Assembly (NCBI GenBank): GCA_041648895.1
Contig: JBAZOB010000001.1
Span: forward strand, 15,093-79,092
Direction of reading: 5' to 3'
DNA from: Patescibacteria group bacterium
Lineage (GTDB): Bacteria; Patescibacteriota; JAHJAL01
DNA: 64,000 nucleotides
Below are positions 40,188 through 50,771 of this stretch, piece by piece (position 1 is the stretch's first letter; each line of letters starts with the position of its first letter). The position numbers and the translations under genes are program-made. The notes under the pieces were generated by a model. That model saw only the letters and a list, made by a program, of their open reading frames with translations. It did not search any database and was not told the DNA's origin.

Positions 40188-42089
40188 ATGAAAAAAATTG
40201 ACGGTAAAACAAGTGATTTGATTGCAGAAAATATCGAGAAGTTGAAACAACTTTTTCCGGAGATTTGGGAAGAGGGGAAAGTTGATTTGGAAATGTTGAA
40301 GAAGTTATTGGGTGAGAAAGTGGAGACGGATCGAGAGCGATATTGTTTTTCTTGGCATGGCAAGTCGGATGCAATCAAGATGGCTTTGAAGCAATCGACG
40401 GGGACTTTGAGGCCAAAGAAGGCGGATAGTAAAGATTGGGACAAGACGAATAATCTGTATATTGAGGGTGATAATCTGGAGGTGTTGCGGGTGTTGCAGG
40501 ATAGTTATCGGGGTAAAGTAAAAATGATATATATCGACCCCCCTTACAACACAGGGAAGGATTTTGTGTATGAGGATAATTTTGCGGATAATATCCAGAA
40601 TTACAAGGAAAAGGTGGGAGATACGATGAAAGCCAATGCGGATTCGAGTGGGCGAAAGCATACCAATTGGCTCAATATGATGTATCCGAGGTTAAGGTTG
40701 GCGAGGAATTTGCTTAAGGATGATGGAGTGATATTTATATCGATTGATGATAATGAGCAGGCGAATTTGAAGAAGGTTTGTGATGAGATTTTTGGGGAGG
40801 AGAATTTTATAGAAAATTATATTTGGGAAAGTACTTTTCGTCCGGATAATAGTTCTTCAATTGAACGAAAAAATGCTCAGTATGTTACTAGTTTTGCAAA
40901 GGATAAAAATTTAATTAATCAATTAATTGGTGGTCCAAAAAAAACTGAAGGACTTCCTTCATTAACTAAGAATTCAATGAAGGAGGGAATTCTAAATTTT
41001 CCGTCTAATACAGTTAAAATATTGTTTAATGATGGTATATATTTAGCGGGTAAGAAGGATTCGGGATACGAGCTTCTTGATAATGTTGAGGTAGTTTCGG
41101 GAGTAAATTTGAATTCATTTAGATTAAAAGGTCGTATGATATGGAGTCAAGATTATCTCGAGAATGAATTGAACAATGGTACTGAGATTATTTTTAAAGG
41201 AGAAAATTTTGTCCCATATTCAAAAAAATTAGAAGTGGGAATTTTGGCTCCAACAAAGATTATACCTAAAGATTATGTACAGGATGTGCTTGCTGGACGT
41301 GCAGAATTAAAATCAATTTTGGGACAATCAATATTTGATTATCCCAAGCCTTTGTCTTTGATTAATTATTTGCTTAGCTTTCTTGAGTGTGAAGAAGAAT
41401 GTATTGTTTTAGATTTCTTTTCAGGTTCGGCAACGACTGCCCATTCGGTGATGCAGTTGAATGCGGAGGATGGGGGGAATAGGAAGTTTGTTATGGTCCA
41501 GTTGCCGGAGGTTACGCAGGAAGATAGTGAGGCGAGGAAGGCGGGGTATAAAAATATTTGTGAGATTGGGAAGGAGAGGATTAGACGGGCGGGGGAGAAG
41601 ATTGTGAAGGAGTTGAAGGAGAAGCAAGATAAAAAACAGGAAAAATTGATTGAAGGTGGGGAGAAGGTGGTGAATCCGGATGATTTGGATGTTGGGTTCA
41701 AGGTGTTTGAGTTGGATGAGACCAATTTTACGAAGTGGGATCCAAATACGCAGGATGTCGAGAAGTCGATGATGGACCAATTGACACCGATCAAAGCAGA
41801 TCGAGCGGATGAGGATGCGGTTTATGAGATTATGTTGAAATATGGAGTTGATTTGACGATGCCGATTGAGGAGTTGAAATTGGCGGGGAAGAAAGTATTT
41901 TCTTTGGCTGGAAATTATTTGTTGCTATGTTTGGAAAAGCAGATTGGTTTGGAGACGGTTGGCGAGATGGCAAAACTGAGTCCGCATCGAGTAGTTTTCT
42001 TTGATGATGGATTTGCGGATGATACAGTCAAAGCCAATGCGGAGCAGACTTTGAAGAAGGCGGGGGTTGAGGAGATATTGGTAATCTAA
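40188..42089 (+). CDS. mod: Type III R-M adenine methyltransferase
   Basis: NLYIEGDNLE, IYIDPPYNTG, WLNMMYPRL, FDYPKP, LDFFSGSATT. Confidence 0.93.
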   Translation: MKKIDGKTSDLIAENIEKLKQLFPEIWEEGKVDLEMLKKLLGEKVETDRERYCFSWHGKSDAIKMALKQSTGTLRPKKADSKDWDKTNNLYIEGDNLEVLRVLQDSYRGKVKMIYIDPPYNTGKDFVYEDNFADNIQNYKEKVGDTMKANADSSGRKHTNWLNMMYPRLRLARNLLKDDGVIFISIDDNEQANLKKVCDEIFGEENFIENYIWESTFRPDNSSSIERKNAQYVTSFAKDKNLINQLIGGPKKTEGLPSLTKNSMKEGILNFPSNTVKILFNDGIYLAGKKDSGYELLDNVEVVSGVNLNSFRLKGRMIWSQDYLENELNNGTEIIFKGENFVPYSKKLEVGILAPTKIIPKDYVQDVLAGRAELKSILGQSIFDYPKPLSLINYLLSFLECEEECIVLDFFSGSATTAHSVMQLNAEDGGNRKFVMVQLPEVTQEDSEARKAGYKNICEIGKERIRRAGEKIVKELKEKQDKKQEKLIEGGEKVVNPDDLDVGFKVFELDETNFTKWDPNTQDVEKSMMDQLTPIKADRADEDAVYEIMLKYGVDLTMPIEELKLAGKKVFSLAGNYLLLCLEKQIGLETVGEMAKLSPHRVVFFDDGFADDTVKANAEQTLKKAGVEEILVI

Positions 42090-42201
42090 GTTAGTTATAG
42101 ACTGCACAAACTAAAACTAAAAATAACAAAGAAATTAGGTATTTTTTGATTTCATATCTGTTACAAGACTACACAGACTAAAGTCGACTAAACAATTTAT
42201 A

Positions 42202-45200
42202 ATGACAAAATTAAAATTACAATTTGATGCCAATCAGGAATTTCAAAAACAAGCTGTGGATGCGATAGTTGATGTTTTTGACGGGCAACCTTTGAAGCAA
42301 TCAAAGTTTACGGTATCAGTGGCGGATGGTTCGTTGTTTGGTAAAAATACGGAGTTGGGGTATGCCAACAAATTGGATTTGATGCCGGAAGATTTGTTGA
42401 AAAATGTGATCAAGATTCAGGACCGGAATCATTTGAAAAGAAGTGAGGGTTTGTTGGATGCGGATTATGGAGTGCCAAACTTTGCGATTGAGATGGAGAC
42501 GGGGACTGGCAAGACTTATGTATATACGCGGACTATATTGGAATTGAATAATAAATACGGTTTTACCAAGTTTATCGTCGTGGTCCCAAGTGTGGCTATC
42601 CGTGAAGGCGTGAATAAATCTTTGGATATTACCAAGGATCATTTTGAAGAGTTGTATCAAGGGCAGAAGTTTAATTATTTTGTATATAATTCAGATCGTT
42701 TGACGGAAGTGCGCAATTTTGCGACCAGTGATTCAATCGAAATCATGGTTATCAATATTGATGCATTTCGCAAAGGATTTGAAGAGGACAACAAGAGTAA
42801 CAAGAATGCGACAAGGATACACAAAGAACAGGATAAGTTGGAAGGACGACGGCCGATTGAATTTATCCGTGATACCAATCCAATTGTGATTATTGATGAG
42901 CCACAGTCGGTTGATAATACCGAGAAATCCAAAGAGGCAATCAAGGCGCTCAATCCAATGTGTATCGTGCGGTATTCGGCTACTCATAGAAATACCTATA
43001 ATTTGATGTATCGACTTGGTCCGATCGAGGCTTATGAAAATAAATTGGTAAAAAAGATTGAGGTGGTAGCGGTGGAAGGAATGGGCAGTGGTCCATATAT
43101 GAAGCTGGAAAAAGTACAAAAAGCGCCTAATGGATCTTATTCGGCGGATGTGGTTTTGAGCGTGTTGGATAAAAAAGGCGAAGCGAAAATAAAGAGAGTA
43201 AAAATCAATACCGGTAAGCGTAAGAGTTTTTTTGATGTGTCCGGACAAAATGAGATATACAAAAATTATGTGGTGACAAATATCAGTATTGAATCCGGAA
43301 TGGAATATATTGAGTTTGAGACGGGTGATATCTTGAAGCTGAATCAAAATACAGATGATTTGGAAATTAAGCGTACTCAAATCAGGTCCACAATCGAATC
43401 ACATTTGGAAAAGGAATTGAGATTGTTGGATAAAAATATCAAAGTTTTGTCACTTTTCTTTTTGGATCGAGTAAATAATTATCGGGAATATCTTAATGAA
43501 GGTGGATTCAAGAAGGGAAAATACGCGCAGATTTTTGAGGAAGAATATGTGAAGATAATTAAATTGCCAAAATATAATCAACTTTTTGTAACTGAAAAAT
43601 CCAAACAATATGCTTTGTGTGAGGATGTTGACAAAATTCATGATGGATATTTTGCGCAGGATAAGAAGGGTGTATTCAAAGAATCGCGAGGCGAGGGTTC
43701 GAGTCAAGCTGATGAGAGTGCGTATGATTTGATCATGAAAGAAAAAGAGACACTATTGAGTTTTGATACTCCATTGAGATTTATTTTTTCGCATTCAGCT
43801 TTGAAAGAAGGTTGGGACAATCCAAATGTGTTTCAGATTTGTACCTTGGTGGAGAGTGCAGACACCATGACCAAAAGGCAGAAGGTGGGGCGGGGTTTGC
43901 GGTTGCCGGTCAATCAATCCGGAGAAAGAATATTTGATGACAATATCAATATTTTGACGGTGGTGGCCAATGAGAGTTTTCAGAGTTTTGCTGAGAATTT
44001 GCAAAGAGAGATTGAAAAGGATACCAATACCAAATTTGGAGTAGTGGAAGAGCGATTGTTTGAGAATATTTTGTTTGAAAAAGAAGGTAAGGTCGGAGAG
44101 TTGGGTTATAAAGAGTCAAAAGAAATTTGTGAGTATTTGAGAGAGCAAGGTCTGGTGGACAAAAATGGTAAAGTGAAGGACGAATTGAGACAAATAGTGG
44201 CTCGGGAAGAAAGTGGCGAAGATGCCTTGGTTTTGCCAATGAAGTTTGTACCAATCAAAAAGAAAATAGTGGAACAGATAAAGACAACATTGAAACGATT
44301 GCCAATAGTAGATAGCAAAAAGAAAGAAAAGGTATCGATCAATAAGCAGGTGTTTTTGAGTGATGATTTCGTTGAATTGTGGAATAGGATCAAATACAAG
44401 ACTGTCTATAAGTTGGACTTTAATAGTGCAACATTGATTGAGAATTGTATTCATGAGGTCCGAAAGATGCCGGAAATTAGGTCCAATGCGATCGTGGCGC
44501 GCTGGATTGATTTGCAGATTGACAAGAGGGGCGTGACATTCGATGAACCAAAAAAGATTCGTGATTATGTGCGTGAAAAATATGACCAAAAGCAGTTGCC
44601 GGATATTTTGCGTTTTATTGCCACTTATACAGGACTTAAAAAAAGATCGATCGCGGATATCTTGCTAAGGTCCCAGACCATAGATGCTTTTTATATCAAT
44701 CCGCAGGAATATATGGAGCAAGTGATTCAGATAATCAATATTGAGAAAAGAAAGCTGATTGTGGACGGTATTAAATATGACAAGATTGGTGACGATGTTT
44801 TTTATCAACAAGAATTGTTTGAAAATGAAGAGTTGATTGGTTATCTCAAGGACAATGCTATTCAGGTAGAAAAGAGTGTTTATTCTCATGTGATTTATGA
44901 TTCGGATATTGAGATGACTTTTGCCGAAAGACTGGAAAATGATGTTGATGTAAAACTTTACGCCAAATTACCTGATTGGTTTAAAATTGAAACTCCATTG
45001 GGTGATTACAATCCGGATTGGGCGATATTGTTGGAAAAGAATGGAGTTGAGAAGTTGTATTTTGTGATCGAGACAAAGGGGTCTATTTTGTCGGAAGATT
45101 TGCGACCGATAGAGCAGGGAAAGATAGAGTGCGGGCAGAAGCATTTTAAAGCGCTAGGGACCGGAGTGAAGTTTGAGAAGGTGAGAAGTTATGAGGAGTG

Positions 45201-45219
45201 GCGAGGCATAATTAGATAA
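42202..45219 (+). CDS. res: Type III restriction endonuclease subunit
   Basis: EMETGTGKTY, IIDEPQ, RYSATH, ALKEGWDNPNVFQIC, YNPDWA...ETKG. Confidence 0.93.
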   Translation: MTKLKLQFDANQEFQKQAVDAIVDVFDGQPLKQSKFTVSVADGSLFGKNTELGYANKLDLMPEDLLKNVIKIQDRNHLKRSEGLLDADYGVPNFAIEMETGTGKTYVYTRTILELNNKYGFTKFIVVVPSVAIREGVNKSLDITKDHFEELYQGQKFNYFVYNSDRLTEVRNFATSDSIEIMVINIDAFRKGFEEDNKSNKNATRIHKEQDKLEGRRPIEFIRDTNPIVIIDEPQSVDNTEKSKEAIKALNPMCIVRYSATHRNTYNLMYRLGPIEAYENKLVKKIEVVAVEGMGSGPYMKLEKVQKAPNGSYSADVVLSVLDKKGEAKIKRVKINTGKRKSFFDVSGQNEIYKNYVVTNISIESGMEYIEFETGDILKLNQNTDDLEIKRTQIRSTIESHLEKELRLLDKNIKVLSLFFLDRVNNYREYLNEGGFKKGKYAQIFEEEYVKIIKLPKYNQLFVTEKSKQYALCEDVDKIHDGYFAQDKKGVFKESRGEGSSQADESAYDLIMKEKETLLSFDTPLRFIFSHSALKEGWDNPNVFQICTLVESADTMTKRQKVGRGLRLPVNQSGERIFDDNINILTVVANESFQSFAENLQREIEKDTNTKFGVVEERLFENILFEKEGKVGELGYKESKEICEYLREQGLVDKNGKVKDELRQIVAREESGEDALVLPMKFVPIKKKIVEQIKTTLKRLPIVDSKKKEKVSINKQVFLSDDFVELWNRIKYKTVYKLDFNSATLIENCIHEVRKMPEIRSNAIVARWIDLQIDKRGVTFDEPKKIRDYVREKYDQKQLPDILRFIATYTGLKKRSIADILLRSQTIDAFYINPQEYMEQVIQIINIEKRKLIVDGIKYDKIGDDVFYQQELFENEELIGYLKDNAIQVEKSVYSHVIYDSDIEMTFAERLENDVDVKLYAKLPDWFKIETPLGDYNPDWAILLEKNGVEKLYFVIETKGSILSEDLRPIEQGKIECGQKHFKALGTGVKFEKVRSYEEWRGIIR

Positions 45220-45363
45220 TAAAATACCATATTAGTCAACTAAATATTAAAACATAATGTTTAGGTATTGCATAGGTTTATATGGTTTGTTAAAATAATA
45301 ATAGAGTATCAAAAATTATAGTAGATTTTTGGATGATGCTCTTATTATTATTTTTTTTGTGAG

Positions 45364-46479
45364 GTGATTATGGTAAAAAGAGGTTATCGTATTTATAAGT
45401 TAAAAAAGTGGCCGGAAGACAGAGAATGGAAACATATTTTTGTTGCTGAGGTAGCATTAAAGAAAGGTCGAAAAAAGAAAGTTGAAGTGAAAATGTTTCG
45501 TAAAGATGATAACTCTAATGTTTTTAATTTTGAGTTAGAACAAGGATCTGGTAATAGTTGGAATTTAGTGGAAAAAGAAAAACAAAAGAAAAATACAAAA
45601 TGGTTTGATGCGTTTTTCGGTCCAAATTTTGTGCATGTTTATAAACATATTTCTAAGCAGGTGTATGTAATAAGTGTTGAGGATTCATGTCCTGATGCTA
45701 ATGATGATTTTTTATTGTTAGGAAATTATATTGTATTTAGTGATGAGATGAGTAGGAAAGACATTGATAATGAGATCAAGAAGTTAAATTGTGTGGTTAG
45801 GGGTCAAGTTAATTTTTATGATGTTGTTATGATTAAGAATTATAGTTTTTACGGGAAAAAAATAAGAGCGAATGATTGTTTTAAGATAACTGGTTCGAAG
45901 GGTCAATCAACAAGAAGGTTTGTGGATTCTGTCACTAATTACCTTTATCCAGCCGAAGTTGATTATTTAACATATAAATATCTTATGCAAAAAAATGAAT
46001 TGGTTTTACCGGCTTTAGTACATTATCAGCAAGCTATTGAGAAGTATTTCAAGTTTTTTAGTTGGTATTTTTATAATATAGAACCTACAACCGGTGCGGA
46101 TACTCATAAATTTGAGAAAGTTATCGAGGGAACTGATTTGGGAGATGTAATTCCTATAAAGACAAAGGAAATTTTTAAGGAAATTTGTGATGAGTTTTAT
46201 GGTTATCGTTATTATAATGGGAAATTAAAGCCTAAAAAGATAGAAGAAATAGAAAATGCTTTGGATGATTTTGTTTGTGAGTTTTGGGTATTACTTATGA
46301 GTTCAATATTTCCGTATCATTATAAAATATTTAGGTCGGCTGGGTATTCTCATGCAATATTGTTGCCGAGAATTTACCAGTCTAATGGCAAATTGAGAGA
46401 GAAATATTTACATATAGTAAAGAGGAATAATGCGCATTTTGAGAAAATGGGGAAATTATTTAAGAAAAGTAAATTTTGA
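45364..46479 (+). CDS. Protein with C-terminal HEPN-like domain
   Basis: HYQQAIEKYFK...THKF...YRY pattern; strongly AT-rich. Confidence 0.55.
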   Translation: MIMVKRGYRIYKLKKWPEDREWKHIFVAEVALKKGRKKKVEVKMFRKDDNSNVFNFELEQGSGNSWNLVEKEKQKKNTKWFDAFFGPNFVHVYKHISKQVYVISVEDSCPDANDDFLLLGNYIVFSDEMSRKDIDNEIKKLNCVVRGQVNFYDVVMIKNYSFYGKKIRANDCFKITGSKGQSTRRFVDSVTNYLYPAEVDYLTYKYLMQKNELVLPALVHYQQAIEKYFKFFSWYFYNIEPTTGADTHKFEKVIEGTDLGDVIPIKTKEIFKEICDEFYGYRYYNGKLKPKKIEEIENALDDFVCEFWVLLMSSIFPYHYKIFRSAGYSHAILLPRIYQSNGKLREKYLHIVKRNNAHFEKMGKLFKKSKF

Positions 46480-46488
46480 GGAGTTAGT

Positions 46489-46806
46489 ATGAATGATGAA
46501 GAGCTGATTTTGAAGGTTTTATACGAAAAACCCAATAAACCAGAAAATGTTGTTAAAAGTAAGCATGTTAAATTTGAAGAGTTGAAGATTGCATATTTTG
46601 ATGATGATAATGTGCCGGATTCCAAATTGCCGGATTATGAGAACAGAATAAATTCATTATTGGATGATTTGAGAGAACTCAAAGAGAGAAGCTTAATTGA
46701 ATTTGTAGGTGGCACAAATGCAGTTGAGCCACTTAATATCTTTATTACTGAAAAAGGGAAAGAATACTATGTTGAAATGTATAGGAATGAAAATCATGAC
46801 GAATAG
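46489..46806 (+). CDS. Hypothetical protein, possible winged-helix
   Basis: LRELKERSLIEF...ITEKGKEY wing-like motif; GAGGAG RBS. Confidence 0.55.
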   Translation: MNDEELILKVLYEKPNKPENVVKSKHVKFEELKIAYFDDDNVPDSKLPDYENRINSLLDDLRELKERSLIEFVGGTNAVEPLNIFITEKGKEYYVEMYRNENHDE

Positions 46807-46818
46807 ATAGTATTAAGA

Positions 46819-47964
46819 CTATTCTATTTTAAGATCTGTAATTTTTGTTGGTATAAATTCATTTAATCGCTTTCTTATATCAATTAACAGATTATATTTA
46901 CTGTTTTCGGGGATGTGGAGTTTGAAAATTTTTCTTTTCAGTCTGTACCAATAGCTATGATCGGGGCCGGAATCAATAATATTTCTCAGCCGATCATAAC
47001 TGCCGGAATTTATGGCCAAAATTACCGCGGATAATTCAAGTAAATCGCGGTTTTTTAATTTGGGGTTGTTTTGCCTGATGGTTTCAATGGTCTCGATGGC
47101 GGATTTGTCTTGGAGTAATAGGATTGCTTTGTTTTCGGTGAGTATGGACCAGTAGTAAAGCAGGATTTTTTGAGAGATTGACTGACTGAATAGTTGTTTG
47201 AAGCTTAATTCGGTTCTGATATTGATTTTTTTGAATATTGATTTGATTTTGGAGGTCTTATTTAACCTGATTTCCAGCCGGAGGATGTTGCGGTGTTTGG
47301 GTTGGTTTAATTCATCTAACAGATTAAGCTGGATGGAATTGTCATTTTCAATTGATCGCTTGTCGGATATTTTAGCCAGTCCCAATTCTTTGATTTTGTC
47401 GTATATGGCTATTTCGTAGCTGTTGGCGTGATAATGAAGTGATTGTCCGCCGTTTTTGAAGCGCTCACGATTGGCTTCGAGTCGTGGTAGGGGATTCAAT
47501 TTGGCAAGGTCGGATATGATCATCGAGGGGGTGGTGTGGTATGGGAGAGGGACGTTTTTTGAATAGTGGATGGAGGTAATCGGGGCGTTGTCGAGTTGGA
47601 TATCGAATAATTCAACTCCCATTTCTTTTAGTGTTTTTTGAAGATGGTCATGGATTTTCTGATAGTCATTGTCTGTTAATTCATCGAAGTTGTTATTGAA
47701 TAGTAATTTTGGCAATGATAATTCAATCCGGAGTTTGGGAATTATACCAAATTGACCCATGACAACGATCAAGGTTAGGCGTGGTTTGTAAATTCCGGCT
47801 GATAATTCTCTTTTGCTTGGATTTTGGGTAGCTTTGATATATTCGCGCGGTTTCATATTGTTGGCTTGGTCCCAGAATCTTTTTTCTGATTTGATTGAGA
47901 ACTTACTCCAATCCCAAATTGAGAATTTACCGTGTGGCAATGTTATGACTGTTGTATCGATCAT
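46819..47964 (-). CDS. Phage/plasmid replication initiator-like protein (gene II/X-like)
   Basis: MIDT, IELSLPKLLFNNN, IYDK, LRLEIRL motifs. Confidence 0.65.
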   Translation of the reverse strand: MIDTTVITLPHGKFSIWDWSKFSIKSEKRFWDQANNMKPREYIKATQNPSKRELSAGIYKPRLTLIVVMGQFGIIPKLRIELSLPKLLFNNNFDELTDNDYQKIHDHLQKTLKEMGVELFDIQLDNAPITSIHYSKNVPLPYHTTPSMIISDLAKLNPLPRLEANRERFKNGGQSLHYHANSYEIAIYDKIKELGLAKISDKRSIENDNSIQLNLLDELNQPKHRNILRLEIRLNKTSKIKSIFKKINIRTELSFKQLFSQSISQKILLYYWSILTENKAILLLQDKSAIETIETIRQNNPKLKNRDLLELSAVILAINSGSYDRLRNIIDSGPDHSYWYRLKRKIFKLHIPENSKYNLLIDIRKRLNEFIPTKITDLKIE

Positions 47965-48241
47965 CAGAATGCATTACTTTTTTATACTGCTTAATAATTG
48001 CTCGCTCGATCAGTGTGGATGTTTCTTTATTAATGGGGTGAAATAGTTGAATATGGTTATTGCTTACCTTTTTGGTGGGGTAGGTGAGACGATATCCGTC
48101 TTGGGTTAGTTTGCTGTGAATTCCGACCGAGCTGAGGTATATTTTGTTGTCCAATACAAAGCTGGCGAAGGCAAGCAGGCCATTATGGGGTTTGATCGGG
48201 ATTATTTGGATTTCCGTTACTTTGGTTGTTGCTTTTTTCAT
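47927..48241 (-). CDS. SpoVG family nucleic-acid-binding protein
   Basis: VTEIQI...LLAFASFVLDN...LTYP...FHPINKE. Confidence 0.8.
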   Translation of the reverse strand: MKKATTKVTEIQIIPIKPHNGLLAFASFVLDNKIYLSSVGIHSKLTQDGYRLTYPTKKVSNNHIQLFHPINKETSTLIERAIIKQYKKVMHSDDRYNSHNIATR

Positions 48242-48368
48242 TATCTTGGTCCATCTCGATTAATAAATTGACATAGTTAAATAGATTTTCAAATGCATCT
48301 TCCGCCTCAGTTTCGTTGAGGTTGGGGAAATACTTATCGGCAAGTTGTCGGCGGTTTTCGGAGAGCAT
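48183..48368 (-). CDS. Small hypothetical protein
   Basis: First gene of the small/SpoVG/Rep operon; overlaps spoVG. Confidence 0.5.
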   Translation of the reverse strand: MLSENRRQLADKYFPNLNETEAEDAFENLFNYVNLLIEMDQDNEKSNNQSNGNPNNPDQTP

Positions 48369-48464
48369 AAAAAAATCGACTTACTTAATTGCAAGTCGAT
48401 GATAATAAAGAAAAATTCTGAAACAGGCTATTTCTACTACTTCATAACAAATCTACTAAATCTA

Positions 48465-49196
48465 CTATTTTAAATCTTTAGTTGAGATAATGTTAATTTT
48501 GCTTTTATTGAGCTGTTCTTGGGTTATTGGATTAATAAATTGGATGCCTTCCGATGAGATATTGAAAAAGAGGTCTAGCAGTTTGCCTTTAAAGCCTAAG
48601 TCGTTAATTATTCCGTTAATAGTTCTGTTTTTATCCAGTTTAGTTTCTTTGATAACCTCTGAAGTTATTAATTCTTCGTTTTGATGCTGGAAGAGGTATT
48701 CAATGAGTCGATGCCCGTTTTTGTTGAAATCGGGTGTGCTTAATAAAATATTGTTTAAAGTTAGTTGGCGCGTATTATCGTTAAAGTCTATTTTATAAAT
48801 GACATTATCTAAATTTATGGGGTTTTGAGTAGGTTTTTGTTTAGTAAATTTCTTTTTTAGTTTGTTATGAAGGATATCAAAATTTGATAATAACATCAGT
48901 TCATAACCATCTGAATCTCTAAAGATAAAATTACGATCATGAGGTCTGCCATTTCCATCAAATGAAGTTATCGTGTTTTCGTGAGAATTGGCTAATGTTA
49001 ATGCGTTAGTAGTGTATCTTGAAACCAGTTTAGCAACTTTGAAATCAATAATAAGTTTGGAAATAATTGGTTGAAACAGTCTTGGCTCTATGGTGGTATT
49101 GTCAGGTTCAATTCTTACAATTTCATTTTTTGGAGTTATTTTTGATAGCTCATGTAATTCTGATACAATTAACCACATTTTTTCTTCGTAGTTCAT
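48465..49196 (-). CDS. Hypothetical protein, possible C-terminal HTH
   Basis: 243-aa ORF; no firm motif. Confidence 0.6.
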   Translation of the reverse strand: MNYEEKMWLIVSELHELSKITPKNEIVRIEPDNTTIEPRLFQPIISKLIIDFKVAKLVSRYTTNALTLANSHENTITSFDGNGRPHDRNFIFRDSDGYELMLLSNFDILHNKLKKKFTKQKPTQNPINLDNVIYKIDFNDNTRQLTLNNILLSTPDFNKNGHRLIEYLFQHQNEELITSEVIKETKLDKNRTINGIINDLGFKGKLLDLFFNISSEGIQFINPITQEQLNKSKINIISTKDLK

Positions 49197-49343
49197 AATA
49201 CATTACTTTTTTATATATATAAAATTCACATCGATTATATTTTTTGATATCCATAACAATTATATCTTATAAATCATTCATTATGATATATAAATAATAA
49301 ATATGATATTATATATATAGATTAAATCTATTTATATATTAGT

Positions 49344-50702
49344 ATGTCTAAGGTGAATTGGCAAAATTTTGGTTTGAAGAGTAATCCTTATCTAACCGAT
49401 CCTTTAGTGGAGGGTGGGCAATTAAACATAGATAAGGCATTTGTTGGTAGGCAAGTTGAAATACGTACTATCAATGATCAGATTGAGAGTTTAAATAATT
49501 TGTGCATGATTATAAGTGGTGATGTAGGTGTAGGAAAAACTAGTTTAGTTAATTATGTAAAATATTTTTGGAAGCATAAAGGTAGAGATAAATATTTGTT
49601 TTCATCACGGAGAGAAATTGAGGCAAACGAGAATATTTTAGATAAAAGCTCTTTTTTACTCGAAGTTATAGGTTCGATTATTGGAGAAATTGAATTGTTG
49701 GATCCTGATTTAATGAAGGATCCATTACTTGATAAAGTTAAACAATTAATAGATGTTACGCAGTCTATTTCATATAGTGGTGAGTTTTCTTTAGCTGGTT
49801 TTGGAGGTGGGGGTGGAAAAGAAACTCAGATTTCTCAACCAATTAAATTACCTTATTCGATATTGGAGAGTTATTATAAAAAATTACTAGATTTTGTTTG
49901 TCAACATAAGATTAATTCAGTTGTTAATAGTGGATTGATTATTCATGTAAACAATTTTGATGTTGTGATGATGGAGAAGACTTCAAAGAAGAAAGTAATA
50001 AGGTTTTTTAATGAAATAAGGGATATTTTACAACAAGATAAAGTGTATTATTTCTTTTTAGGACCAAGAAATTTTTATAAGGATATTATATCTACTCAGA
50101 AAAGGGTAAAAGGAGTATTTTTTCAATCCCCATTACAAATTAAACCATTGAGCAAGAACGATGTTGTGTCGGCATTAAATGAGAGAATGTTTTTGTTAAA
50201 ATCTGAGGGAGTAGAAAAATTTATTAAACCGATTGATGATAAGGTAGTTTATCAGCTTTATGATTTGTATGACGGTGATATTAGGATGGTTCTTTGTTCT
50301 TTGTATAATATTCTTACTCAAGTTAATGTTGCTTCTTCGAAAACTATTGGCGCAGATCGTTCGAAGGCATATCTTTGTGAGTGGTGTTGGGAGAATGTTG
50401 AGAAGTGTCTTAAAATTACTGACAAACAGAAAGATATTTTGAAATATATTTCGAGTGTAGACAAAGACATAACTCAAAACGATATAGCTAAGGAATTTAA
50501 AATTGTTCAAACGAATGTGTCTGGTTATTATATGAAACCGTTGAGGGAAAATAATATTATTGAAGAAAAGAAGAAGGAAGGTAAATTAACTTATTGGGGT
50601 TTGACTCGGGAATATTTGCCTCTAAAATGGATGAATGAAGTTAAAGAAAACATGGTAGATGAAAAAAAGATTGTCGAGACGCAACTAAAATTATTTGGCT
50701 AA
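49344..50702 (+). CDS. P-loop ATPase with C-terminal winged HTH
   Basis: NPY...FVGR, Walker A GDVGVGKTS, GDIR, ITQNDIAKEF...LRENNII. Confidence 0.8.
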   Translation: MSKVNWQNFGLKSNPYLTDPLVEGGQLNIDKAFVGRQVEIRTINDQIESLNNLCMIISGDVGVGKTSLVNYVKYFWKHKGRDKYLFSSRREIEANENILDKSSFLLEVIGSIIGEIELLDPDLMKDPLLDKVKQLIDVTQSISYSGEFSLAGFGGGGGKETQISQPIKLPYSILESYYKKLLDFVCQHKINSVVNSGLIIHVNNFDVVMMEKTSKKKVIRFFNEIRDILQQDKVYYFFLGPRNFYKDIISTQKRVKGVFFQSPLQIKPLSKNDVVSALNERMFLLKSEGVEKFIKPIDDKVVYQLYDLYDGDIRMVLCSLYNILTQVNVASSKTIGADRSKAYLCEWCWENVEKCLKITDKQKDILKYISSVDKDITQNDIAKEFKIVQTNVSGYYMKPLRENNIIEEKKKEGKLTYWGLTREYLPLKWMNEVKENMVDEKKIVETQLKLFG

Positions 50703-50771
50703 GTGAATATCATTTGACGTAAAGGTGTTTGTGATAGTCGATATATTAATATAATATCTGAATAGTATTTA

